Below, one piece after another: positions 44,649 to 53,224 of a stretch of DNA of 64,000 bases. The notes beneath the pieces are model-generated. The model had not been told where the DNA came from, did not search any database, and worked only from the letters and a program-made list of their open reading frames with translations. The DNA is from an uncultured bacterium. Lineage in GTDB: Bacteria; Babelota; Babeliae; Babelales; Vermiphilaceae. The stretch is from NCBI GenBank assembly GCA_963727255.1, contig CAVSFC010000002.1, forward strand, positions 416,001 through 480,000, read 5' to 3'. The translations under genes and the position numbers were made by a program. Numbering within the stretch: the first letter of the stretch is position 1; the number at the start of each line of letters is the position of its first letter.

Positions 44649-45858
44649 TTATAACCAGTTTTTGTATAGCTTTAGATCGTTAGGGGCTGTTTTGAAGGAA
44701 AACATTAATTCCATGAATTCACCACCCACTTGATGCCCATCTTCACTTCTATGCACATAGGTTGTATCTGGATTAATGCTTTTTAATTTCTCAAAAAATT
44801 CTTTAGTATATTTAGTTCCCACGATTTTATCATCTATGCCAAAGTGAATTAAGGTTTTAAGTTTTAGTCCTTTAAAATATTCAACCGATTTCATAGGATC
44901 GAAGCTTTTGGGATCATATTCACTTATATGAGGGAGCGCATAATCAACGGTAGAAGTTGCAACTTCATTTGCAGAAATATCGCTTGGACTTTTCAATGCA
45001 GCGATTGAGAAATTTTTTACAATATCAGGAACATAATACCAGGCCCCTTGCGCCATTCTTATGGGCAATTGGAGATACTTTGATGATGTTGTTACTATCG
45101 ATGATTCTTGTGCAGCGTTAACTACTGCATCTGAAATCGTGGCTGCCCCTGTTCTGATAATTTGTTCTACAGCAGCATGCAAAGATAACATTGGGCAAAT
45201 GAGTACATGGTGGCCATTTTGGATAATCTTCAGAAGCTGCTCGCGGTTTTCATTAGTAATCCCCAGATATTCCAAATTTTTTTTCAAGCTCATATCATCA
45301 AGATTTCCGCCTCCTGAAAAAATTTTATTATTATTCAATAAGCCAATAGCATTGACTACCACGGCCCCGCCGCGTGAATAACCAACAAGGTCAACTTTTT
45401 GAAGCCTGCTTTTTGAATGTGTAGCAATGCATATAAAAAAGGTTTTAATTCAGGAAGCTGTGCAAAGCATGGATGTCTCTAGTTTCACATTGCTATCAGT
45501 TGAATCGGGTGCATCATGAAAATTAAAAATTATTCGATTGCCGTATCCCAAATATTTCGATTGATCCTTGGTGCCGCCAAAGCCATGAGGAGCGATGAGG
45601 ATCGTATCATCGTTAGCATCTCTAGAGTCAGCAATTATTTCAAATTTAGGATCGTATCCAAATCTCACAATTAAATCTTTTTCCTTTTTTTTGGCAATTT
45701 TTGCCCGCCATAATTTCAATTTTGGTTCTTGGAAGTTCTTCTGAAATTTCTAAGCTCGCAGGCATTTCCATGCCGATTGTACAGTTAACCCACAGGCTTG
45801 ATAGAGGTAAAATTGCACTGAGGCTTAAGATCATAAAAATTCTATTGATGGTATTCAT
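44649..45858 (-). CDS. Secreted alpha/beta hydrolase, frameshifted
   Basis: Signal peptide ending IG-MEMP; PHGFGG; LVGYSRGGAVV read at ~45390-45355; IHFGIDDKIV; DGH. Confidence 0.72.
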
Positions 45859-45890
45859 GGTATTTATTCCAATTTTGGTTTAAAAAATTC

Positions 45891-46434
45891 TTAACTTCTA
45901 CCGATCAAGTTATCATTTATTGTCGATTTGTCAATATTAATTACGGTTTTTGTGATGGTCATTTTAACGAGTGCAAACCATGGGCATTCTTCCTCGTGTG
46001 CGGTTATTATTCTATACATCGGTGCGGGGGTAAATTTGTTAAATATTTTAGTATAAAAAGGCAACAAGTTCATCGATGTTTGGCCCCCGAGGATCTGTGG
46101 GCAATACATCCAATTCGATTTTTTCGCATCCAATTTGCAGCATATGTGTAATAGCATTCGATATGAGCAACGTTCCTAAACCATGTTTTCGATAATTTGG
46201 TGAACGTATAGTTCGCGAATTTTCCAGTTGCCGCTTGTTAATTGTGAAATAATTTGCATGGAGCCTGCGATTTGGCCATTTTCAATCGCATGAATTTCGT
46301 GCCAATTTTTGTATAGCTCTTGCCGAGCGATAACAATATTTTGCAAATTTTGAGCATCAGTAAAGCTGATAGCCAAATAACCCGAAAATTCCAATAAGGG
46401 ATGCGAGAATAATAAATTTTCTAAATACTTTCAT
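45891..46434 (-). CDS. GNAT-like protein with hydrophobic N-terminus, frameshifted
   Basis: MKVFRKFIILASLIG; WKIRELYVHQ; resembles the 44111..44611 protein. Confidence 0.5.
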
Positions 46435-46535
46435 ATAGCCTCCAATTCCATACTTTTTACTAAAAATGCTTTTTTGCTATACAGGCTAAAATTTGTTTGG
46501 AATTCCAGCCTGCAAGTTTTTCATACCACAGTGGT

Positions 46536-47360
46536 TTATAAACTAATGCCTAATTCTTTTAAGTTCTTTTTAAATGTTTCGATGGCATCCGCTTTCTTAT
46601 CATCAAAGTGAATACCAATTAATCCTTGCTGTGCTGCCATTTCCACATTTGATTTCTTATCATCGACCACAATCATAATCTCATTCTCTGGATCTTTGAT
46701 AAAGTTTGCTTTTAATGAATCGTAATATTGCCCAGCGGGTTTGGGTGTTTCGCAAAGAATTTCTGTGCATTCAACTGGATTGCTTTTGCCATATTGGCTA
46801 TAGCTCACAATCTGCCCTTGCTCAAGCAATTCACCTTTGAAGAGAGAATGATTTTTGAGCATGTCTTGCGAACTTTTTAATATTTGCGGGCCCATATTAG
46901 AAGCAAGTCTCATTGGAATATCTTTCTCTTTAAGGCTTTTCATGATTGCGATCATAGGCTCATACGGCTTGTATGAATTTTTTATGTCGATTATAAACTG
47001 TGCTAATGATTTTAGCCCATGTTTTTGAAAGATATTTATGAGTGCTTCGCCTGATGATTTGGCTTCTTTAGATCCTATTTCATTTATTTCTTTATACGCT
47101 TGGGAAACTTTGGTTTGTTTTCCGGTAACATATGTATAACCCATTTTGACTGCTGCAGTCGCGAGTGCAGGGGCAGCTTTTGCTATTGCCCAATAATAAG
47201 CAGCTTTATTTTTTTTGGTAGCAACACCGTGATAATCGAAACCAAATTGTTTTTTTAATGATGAAGTATTTTCTTTATTCATTCCAGCAGGATAAACAAC
47301 CATGCCCTGGCAGAATAGTGGACTTACTAATACAAGAACAAATAATAACTTTTTAAACAT
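46536..47360 (-). CDS. Secreted HAD-like hydrolase
   Basis: FDYHGV motif I variant, LASN, PKP, VVDDKKSNVEMAAQQGLIGIHF. Confidence 0.75.
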   Translation of the reverse strand: MFKKLLFVLVLVSPLFCQGMVVYPAGMNKENTSSLKKQFGFDYHGVATKKNKAAYYWAIAKAAPALATAAVKMGYTYVTGKQTKVSQAYKEINEIGSKEAKSSGEALINIFQKHGLKSLAQFIIDIKNSYKPYEPMIAIMKSLKEKDIPMRLASNMGPQILKSSQDMLKNHSLFKGELLEQGQIVSYSQYGKSNPVECTEILCETPKPAGQYYDSLKANFIKDPENEIMIVVDDKKSNVEMAAQQGLIGIHFDDKKADAIETFKKNLKELGISL

Positions 47361-47466
47361 AATTTAAACCTCCATTGAGAAACTATATATTTATTTTCTA
47401 TCCATAATCATACCCGCTTTCTTAGAATTGTCAAATTTATTACAAATAGAAATGCTGCAAAATGGC

Positions 47467-48057
47467 TTATAAAATGCCCTCAATTCGAGCTAAAAACAGT
47501 TTTAAGCGCCGATAATCATTATTTGTTAATAAGGAGTAAATTTGAAGAAAATCGTTAAGGCGGTCGTTTTTGATCAAATTTTGATCATTTTGAGTCTTCA
47601 GAAGGGCCAAAAGAAGCTCGTCTAGGTTCGGAATCAGGCTTCCAGCCCCAAAAAGCAGGTTTAAATACCTATTTTGGGCAAAAAAGAGCCGTATTTGCTC
47701 AGGGGTGGCAGGAGCTATAAAAGAGTGAATTAAGGGGGGTTCAGGAGGCATAAGATAGTAGACTCTGCCTTTTTGCTCATAGCCAAGAGAAATGCACTTG
47801 AAGGTGGTCTTTAAGAATTCAAAAATTTGCGGTTGCTCAGCAAGCAGCTCTTCATGGGTCTTTTGATAGGGGAAGGGGTAGCGGCCCGGCTCCATCGAGC
47901 CCGTTTCAATCTGATAAATGATGCCAAAAATAGTTCTATTCTTGCCTTCTATTGCTACCAGGGAGCCAAATGCCGGGGTTTGATTCCATTGCCAACATTG
48001 GCCTAGAAAACTCTGAAGTGAAGATTCTATAATTTCAGCAAAAGGAGCTCTATTCAT
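47467..48057 (-). CDS. HAS-barrel domain protein
   Basis: FAEIIESS, PAFGSLV, IFGIIYQIETGS, EELLAEQPQIFEFLKT, PPEPPLIH, DYRRLK. Confidence 0.75.
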   Translation of the reverse strand: MNRAPFAEIIESSLQSFLGQCWQWNQTPAFGSLVAIEGKNRTIFGIIYQIETGSMEPGRYPFPYQKTHEELLAEQPQIFEFLKTTFKCISLGYEQKGRVYYLMPPEPPLIHSFIAPATPEQIRLFFAQNRYLNLLFGAGSLIPNLDELLLALLKTQNDQNLIKNDRLNDFLQIYSLLTNNDYRRLKLFLARIEGIL

Positions 48058-48137
48058 ATTTTTGCTATTTTTGCAAATTTTAGACTAATTTCTACCAGTT
48101 ATGATTATAGATAAAGACAGGTGTTTGTTCCATTTTT

Positions 48138-48854
48138 TTATGACATCATCATTTTTCTTCGTGCCTTAAGATCATATTTCACCTCTTTTGCACCAAGCCA
48201 TCGCTCTGCTTGCTCTTCAAGCGGAAGCATTGCAATAGTTCTAATAACATCGGCAAAACTATCGCGGAACTCTGATTCTTGTTTTAGAGAAAATGATTTA
48301 TGTTCAGTGTCGATAAAATAGGTGATTCCCTCATCCGTATTTTTAACATTTCCACGATGAATATCTTCATATCCGGTTTTTTTGGCAATTTTATAGATCT
48401 GCTGGATCTGTTTTAAATTAAACTTCTTGTATTCATTTGCTTTTACCTTGGGAACTAGGGTAAGCAGATTGCCCGATGGATCTTGATAGTATCTCTTTTG
48501 CAATGCTCCGATGGTATCACACTGATTATCTTGTGCACATTGTTTAATTAAAAGTGTACCAAGAACTCTTCCATTGCCCTTTTTTACTACGTATTCTGGC
48601 AGCCATTCAAATTCTCGCACTGTTCGATTAATATCACGCTCATTGGGCAAATTGGTATCGAAGAGTTTTTTGGTTTTTTCATCAACTGAATATCGATGGA
48701 TCAAATCTTCTTGGGTGATCGTTGTCTTAAAATTGTTATAGAAAAAGCCATTTTTGTTTGAAGATTCGGCATGATGCTTCATACCATTGGCCCCACCAAT
48801 AAAACCTAAAGAACACATTATGAATAAGATTTTGTTATTCATAGATATCTCCAT
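48138..48854 (-). CDS. Secreted protein-kinase-like protein
   Basis: YVVK (beta3 Lys), DIHRGNV catalytic loop, FIDTE (DFG-equivalent); signal peptide. Confidence 0.7.
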   Translation of the reverse strand: MEISMNNKILFIMCSLGFIGGANGMKHHAESSNKNGFFYNNFKTTITQEDLIHRYSVDEKTKKLFDTNLPNERDINRTVREFEWLPEYVVKKGNGRVLGTLLIKQCAQDNQCDTIGALQKRYYQDPSGNLLTLVPKVKANEYKKFNLKQIQQIYKIAKKTGYEDIHRGNVKNTDEGITYFIDTEHKSFSLKQESEFRDSFADVIRTIAMLPLEEQAERWLGAKEVKYDLKARRKMMMS

Positions 48855-48862
48855 ATTTTTAT

Positions 48863-49657
48863 TTAAATATAAAACTTAAGTATAGTTTTGCCCATTATCA
48901 AACCTATAAATGCTGTCGACACATACCATTTTAAAAACCCATCATAGGAATTATATTGGCTATTTTCAGGTAAACTATGTGAAATGGCCCATATATAGAT
49001 GGCTATAAATAAGGTTATCTTAAGTTGTTCAAGAGATATTAGGCCACGCAATGATTTTTTAATAGTATCCTCGAGTTTCGCTTCTTTTACGAGCTGAGCT
49101 ATAGTTCCAGGTATCAGATATCCAGTTACGCAAATAGCCGACGAATCGATCAAAATACCCGGTAAGGATTGATTGGCCAGATGATTAAAGTACCCCTGAT
49201 AAAGCCCTAAGAGAATAAGACAAATTTCCCAACGCGATATCTTAAGATGATCATTAAGCATTGGCATTATATTTTTTTTGAAAACCGACGGTTGATAATC
49301 TATTGCTTTACGGCATGTTGGGCAATTAGGATGTTGGGCTATCCATTCTTTTAAGCATTCGGTGTGATAAATATGAGGCACTCTTGGATCGCATTTTAAA
49401 ATGCTAATATCTCTATCATCATTAAAATCTTCTTTGCAAATGCCGCATTCATTTTGTTCTGCTTTTACAGCTTGATCCATTAGTCTTGCAGTTTTGGGTT
49501 GCAACATTTTGATGATAAACTCTCGGCTTCTATTTTTTGATTGTGCAGCAATCGGATTATTTTGGCCAGCAATCTGTGGTTGCATGCCAAAAATGCTCGA
49601 ACTTAAAAATAATGCTGCTAAAAGTGATAAAAATAGACGTCTCATGATAATCTCCAT
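48863..49657 (-). CDS. Secreted RING-H2 finger protein with C-terminal TM helices (E3 ligase-like)
   Basis: CGIC..C..H..HTEC..W..CPTCR; signal peptide ending FG-MQ; about 4 hydrophobic segments. Confidence 0.88.
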   Translation of the reverse strand: MEIIMRRLFLSLLAALFLSSSIFGMQPQIAGQNNPIAAQSKNRSREFIIKMLQPKTARLMDQAVKAEQNECGICKEDFNDDRDISILKCDPRVPHIYHTECLKEWIAQHPNCPTCRKAIDYQPSVFKKNIMPMLNDHLKISRWEICLILLGLYQGYFNHLANQSLPGILIDSSAICVTGYLIPGTIAQLVKEAKLEDTIKKSLRGLISLEQLKITLFIAIYIWAISHSLPENSQYNSYDGFLKWYVSTAFIGLIMGKTILKFYI

Positions 49658-49731
49658 ATAATCTCCATTTTTCTATTAGTAACCTCTATCTTTAATTGTA
49701 GCCTAAAAATTCAGGCTGTCAATAAATTGGC

Positions 49732-50523
49732 TTAGGTCTGTGGCTTGCTTGCTGATTCCAGGAATTCAGATTCATGTGGATCCTGTTCAGGCAGTTCAGG
49801 CTGACCCTGAAGGAGCCTGATCTGATCCTCTGAATCATCCTGGCCTAGTGAATCGAGGCGGGCAAGATAGGTATCCCGGTGGATAATAAGGTGGCTTTTG
49901 CCTTCTCGGATAATCTTTTTATGGTGTGGAGTGCTATATCCTTTATGGCTGGCCAGTAAATATCCGGGGAATATGGTATCCATGCGCCGCATCATGGCAT
50001 CCCGCTTTACCTTGGCCACAATGGAAGCGGCAGCTATGGTGCTTGAGCGGCGTTCTCCGAAGGGAAAATAGTGGACCGGAATTTCTTTATAAGTAGTATC
50101 AAATAAGTTAAGAGGCATGGCATCAGTGATGATTTTAGATGGGTTATACGGTGCGGTAGCTAATAAATGGACCAAAGCCTTTTTCATGGCAATAAGCGTG
50201 GCATGCCAGACATTCCGCTCATCAACGGTACGATGGTGAACGATCCCTATACTATACCAGCAGTGCTTATCTATCCATTTAAAGGCGGCAACCCGCTCTT
50301 CAGGGGTCATGAGCTTGGAATCTTTGAGCAAGCGGCTGGTTTTGCCCGGAGGCAATATCACGGCAGCCGTTACTAGAGGCCCTGCCAGGCATCCGCGACC
50401 TACTTCATCAAGCCCGCAAATCACCTCATTGGCCTGCCAAGCTTGCTCTTCAAAATAATTCTTATTGAAACGCTCTCTGATCCGATTGATTGTCCTAGGT
50501 GTTTCTGGCGTATAGTTTTCCAT
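49732..50523 (-). CDS. rnhB: Ribonuclease HII (start 50523 or 50538)
   Basis: GLDEVGRGCLAGP, DSK, ITDAM, IAAASIVAKVKRD, HKGY. Confidence 0.95.
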   Translation of the reverse strand: MENYTPETPRTINRIRERFNKNYFEEQAWQANEVICGLDEVGRGCLAGPLVTAAVILPPGKTSRLLKDSKLMTPEERVAAFKWIDKHCWYSIGIVHHRTVDERNVWHATLIAMKKALVHLLATAPYNPSKIITDAMPLNLFDTTYKEIPVHYFPFGERRSSTIAAASIVAKVKRDAMMRRMDTIFPGYLLASHKGYSTPHHKKIIREGKSHLIIHRDTYLARLDSLGQDDSEDQIRLLQGQPELPEQDPHESEFLESASKPQT

Positions 50524-50551
50524 TTGACATGTCTTCAATAATGTGTACTAT
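50524..50551 (+). promoter_or_regulatory. Putative sigma70 promoter for the XRE/S24 regulator
   Basis: TTGACA-16 nt-TACTAT. Confidence 0.5.
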
Positions 50552-50627
50552 TAGAATTAAGCGCAGTTGTATTAACCAAATTAAATTAACTAATGATATT
50601 GAAATATGATATCAGGAGGAGAACGTT

Positions 50628-51305
50628 ATGTCATCTAGATCAACAGAATTGCGAGTAAAAGAGCTTTTGAGAGAGAAGGGTTGGACAACCAAAACTTTGG
50701 CTGAAAAGACCGGAATGTCTGAAAGTTACTTAACTCACATTAAAAATGGAACCCGTCGTTGGAACGAAGATTCACTTCGTAAATTAGCCAACGCATTTGA
50801 AATTAGCCCTATCGATCTGTTTGCGCAACGTCGCAAGCGTACCGATAATATTGATAGCAATGTGAGCATGCCAGAGAAATCTGATGTAGAGCTCAAAGTG
50901 CAAATCGTCCCGGTTGTAGGGGATATTCCATCAAACCCATCACCGTATAACAACCAATTAATGCAAATTACCACCGGTTATAAAGATGTCTTTATTCCGG
51001 TTCTCAATACCACCGATAGTTCAATGTTCTCACTTTGCATAGATCACAATCTTATGGCGCCAACCTTTGTTAAAGGCGATTGCTTGATTGTATCTCCAGA
51101 AATATGGACCCGTTCAGGTGATATTGCGGCAGTAGAATATGGCAATGATACCACGATCAGAGCAATCATGCAGGTTACGTATACCGATGATTTCATTGTT
51201 CTTGAATCAGTGAACCATAAATCTCCGCCAATTGCATTAGTTCGCGGTAAAGATCATTTTAGAATTATTGGTCGCGTGATTGAACGTCATCAAAAATTAG
51301 CATAA
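50628..51305 (+). CDS. XRE-family HTH transcriptional regulator with S24-like C-terminal domain
   Basis: LAEKTGMSESYLTHIKNG HTH; VPVVGDIP, MAPTFVKGDCLIV, LESVN, IIGRVIE. Confidence 0.9.
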   Translation: MSSRSTELRVKELLREKGWTTKTLAEKTGMSESYLTHIKNGTRRWNEDSLRKLANAFEISPIDLFAQRRKRTDNIDSNVSMPEKSDVELKVQIVPVVGDIPSNPSPYNNQLMQITTGYKDVFIPVLNTTDSSMFSLCIDHNLMAPTFVKGDCLIVSPEIWTRSGDIAAVEYGNDTTIRAIMQVTYTDDFIVLESVNHKSPPIALVRGKDHFRIIGRVIERHQKLA

Positions 51306-51317
51306 AACCTATAAATT

Positions 51318-51353
51318 AAAACGGCTAAAAAGTTATTTTTAGCCGTTTTTTTT
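51318..51353 (+). terminator. Rho-independent terminator
   Basis: AAAACGGCTAAAAA-GTTA-TTTTTAGCCGTTTT followed by a T-run. Confidence 0.8.
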
Positions 51354-51453
51354 GTAAAACTCATAAATCAAGTGCTTTCTGAATTTGTTGCAGAGCAACG
51401 AAGAAGGCTTAAGCTTCCTGAAGATATCCAATAATGTATACTATAAAAGTATG

Positions 51454-51501
51454 AAAATGCCAGAAATACTGGATTTTTCCCGTATTTCTGGTACTTTTTT
51501 T
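51454..51501 (+). terminator. Terminator-like hairpin
   Basis: CCAGAAATAC..GTATTTCTGG followed by TACTTTTTTT. Confidence 0.55.
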
Positions 51502-51503
51502 AT

Positions 51504-51614
51504 ATCCTTTGATACATACTTCGCTTTGCTCAGTATTACTCAGGATGTGTATTCTACACATGGTGAGTGTCCGTCAGATCTCCGGAGGAGCGTCGGCTGG
51601 ATGTATCGAACCAT
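51504..51614. repeat. Inverted pair of degenerate family-B REP-like repeats (REPIN-like, no gene between)
   Basis: ATCCTTTGATACA..CTCAGGATG and CATGGTGAG..TGTATCGAACCAT resemble the GIY-YIG-flanking repeats. Confidence 0.6.
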
Positions 51615-51679
51615 AAGACTAAATAAAACAGCATGGTGCTGTTTTATAGTGCTAAAACACTTCCAATTAGCTTGCCCGC

Positions 51680-51749
51680 CCCTTCGACTATGCTCAGGAT
51701 AAACTCCGCTTTTAGCGACTTGTCCGGCGTAGCTTTAGGCGAAGACGGA
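51680..51749. repeat. Family-B (CCCTTCGACTATGCTCAGGATA) and family-A (minus strand, 51719-51749) repeats in the rpsF 5' region
   Basis: Direct sequence similarity to the other copies in the window. Confidence 0.7.
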
Positions 51750-51770
51750 TGGGTTCACAGGAGCTTTTAC

Positions 51771-52193
51771 ATGAATCGTTACGAAGCGCTTATGCTTACC
51801 GTTCCGGAAATTACCGCGGACGAAGCAAAATCGATCGAACAGCAATTTGATCGATTGGTTGCAGACAAAAAAGGATCAATTATATCCTTTGAAAAATGGG
51901 GCAAATTCCGTTTGGCCTATCCCGTTAAAAAGAATGAATACGGCGTCTATTTCTTAGCTCGTTTTGAATCTGCTCAGCCAGAAGTGGTTGAAGAGGTAAA
52001 AAACTTGCTGGAAGTAAAATTGCATGAACTTATCATGCGTTCTATGATGACCAAGCTTGGAGCAAAACAATCCTTGGTATATCAGCGCCCGCAATCATTG
52101 GAAGAAGCGCCAGCTCGAGAAGTTGGTTCTTTCTTGAAAGAAAACAGAATGGATCATCTCTCAGATGATAATGATAACGGCCAAGAGCTCTAG
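51771..52193 (+). CDS. rpsF: 30S ribosomal protein S6
   Basis: AGGAG RBS; MNRYEALML, EKWGKFRLAYPVKKNEYGVY. Confidence 0.96.
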   Translation: MNRYEALMLTVPEITADEAKSIEQQFDRLVADKKGSIISFEKWGKFRLAYPVKKNEYGVYFLARFESAQPEVVEEVKNLLEVKLHELIMRSMMTKLGAKQSLVYQRPQSLEEAPAREVGSFLKENRMDHLSDDNDNGQEL

Positions 52194-52204
52194 AGGATTA
52201 GCCC

Positions 52205-52492
52205 ATGACAAAGAAAATCAAACTTAAGATTAATGCTCGTTTACTCAAAAAAAGATTCCGTAAGCAAGGTTTTGGTGGCAAAAAGCACTGCCGATTCTGC
52301 GGAAATGCTGAGCAAGAAACCTATCTTGACTATAAAAATGGCACGTTCTTAAAGAACTTTCTCACTGAACGCGGTAAAATTTTGCCAGCACGAATCTCAG
52401 GCAATTGCAGCTTGCACCAGCGAGATTTGGCACGAAATATTAGAAAATCACGCGTAATGGCGCTTCTGCCATATTCAGCGGGGCATTTCTAA
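52205..52492 (+). CDS. rpsR: 30S ribosomal protein S18 (Zn-binding form)
   Basis: [34 protein letters not shown]. Confidence 0.97.
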   Translation: MTKKIKLKINARLLKKRFRKQGFGGKKHCRFCGNAEQETYLDYKNGTFLKNFLTERGKILPARISGNCSLHQRDLARNIRKSRVMALLPYSAGHF

Positions 52493-52655
52493 CGCATAAC
52501 ATCGCTAAAGATGGTTTTCAGTTGACTTAAAAATGTGTGGCAGTGCTGACTCGCATAAGGAATTTACTCCTTGAGACGCCTGCCACCGTTCGTTTTAAGA
52601 TGCTATTTTTTTGACATGTAATTATGTTTGTCCGTGAAAATGACGTATTAATAAA

Positions 52656-52696
52656 CCGCTCGTCCTGAGGAGCAGCGCAGCTGCGTCTCGAAGGAT
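52656..52696. repeat. Left family-B REP-like inverted repeat flanking GIY-YIG
   Basis: CCGCTCGTCCTGAGGAGCA-GCGCAGC-TGCGTCTCGAAGGAT. Confidence 0.88.
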
Positions 52697-52715
52697 AGCG
52701 AAATCTATTTGTGAA

Positions 52716-53009
52716 ATGTTTTTTGTATATATTTTAAAATGTAGTGATGGATCGTATTATACTGGGCATACTGATAACCTAGAATCACGTATAGCAGCTC
52801 ATGATGATGGTTCCTTTGGCGGTTATACTGTCGATCGGCTTCCTGTGAACGTTGTTCATGTTCAGGAATTCCAAACTCGAGATGAGGCATTCGCCGCGGA
52901 AAGGCAAATTAAAGGGTGGTCCCGTAGAAAAAAAGAAGCTCTAATTCAACAAGATTGGAATAAGTTACAGCGCTATGCAATGAGATTTAAGAAATTTGAA
53001 ACAAATTGA
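52716..53009 (+). CDS. Small GIY-YIG nuclease (YhbQ/UPF0213-like)
   Basis: FVYILKCSDGSYYTGHTDNLESR..H, AERQIKGWSRRKKEALI. Confidence 0.95.
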   Translation: MFFVYILKCSDGSYYTGHTDNLESRIAAHDDGSFGGYTVDRLPVNVVHVQEFQTRDEAFAAERQIKGWSRRKKEALIQQDWNKLQRYAMRFKKFETN

Positions 53010-53013
53010 AATA

Positions 53014-53057
53014 ATCCTTCGAGACGCATCTCTAAAGATGCTCCTCAGGATGAGCGG
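53014..53057. repeat. Right family-B REP-like inverted repeat flanking GIY-YIG
   Basis: ATCCTTCGAGACGCA-TCTCTAAAGA-TGCTCCTCAGGATGAGCGG; reverse complement of the left copy except the inner hairpin and one base. Confidence 0.88.
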
Positions 53058-53109
53058 AAGGGTACGTTTATTCCCGGCTTGTCAAAGGTCTGTTTATAGG
53101 CCTTATAGC

Positions 53110-53137
53110 TTGACAGATAGAAATATTCTGATAAAGT
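53110..53137 (+). promoter_or_regulatory. Putative sigma70 promoter of typA
   Basis: TTGACA-16 nt-TAAAGT with TG at the extended -10 position. Confidence 0.45.
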
Positions 53138-53224
53138 AAATATTGAAGAGTAAATGGAGAGGTTATTGGTATCTTGTGATGCTGATCAATTCCCCGCTAA
53201 TTAATAATAATACTGAGATAAACC

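Noticed and set aside
3196..46434. Alternative genetic code or programmed frameshifting as the cause of split ORFs
   Set aside because: Breaks are frame changes at scattered sites rather than in-frame stops, and TGA, TAA and TAG all end intact genes normally
20396..51305. Prophage, suggested by the S74 tail-like domain and the CI-like repressor
   Set aside because: The two genes are ~28 kb apart among housekeeping genes; no integrase, terminase, capsid or att sites seen
51385..51770. ORF 51385..51702 and the long N-terminal extension of rpsF from 51633
   Set aside because: Both read through repeats; rpsF has a clear AGGAG and ATG at 51771
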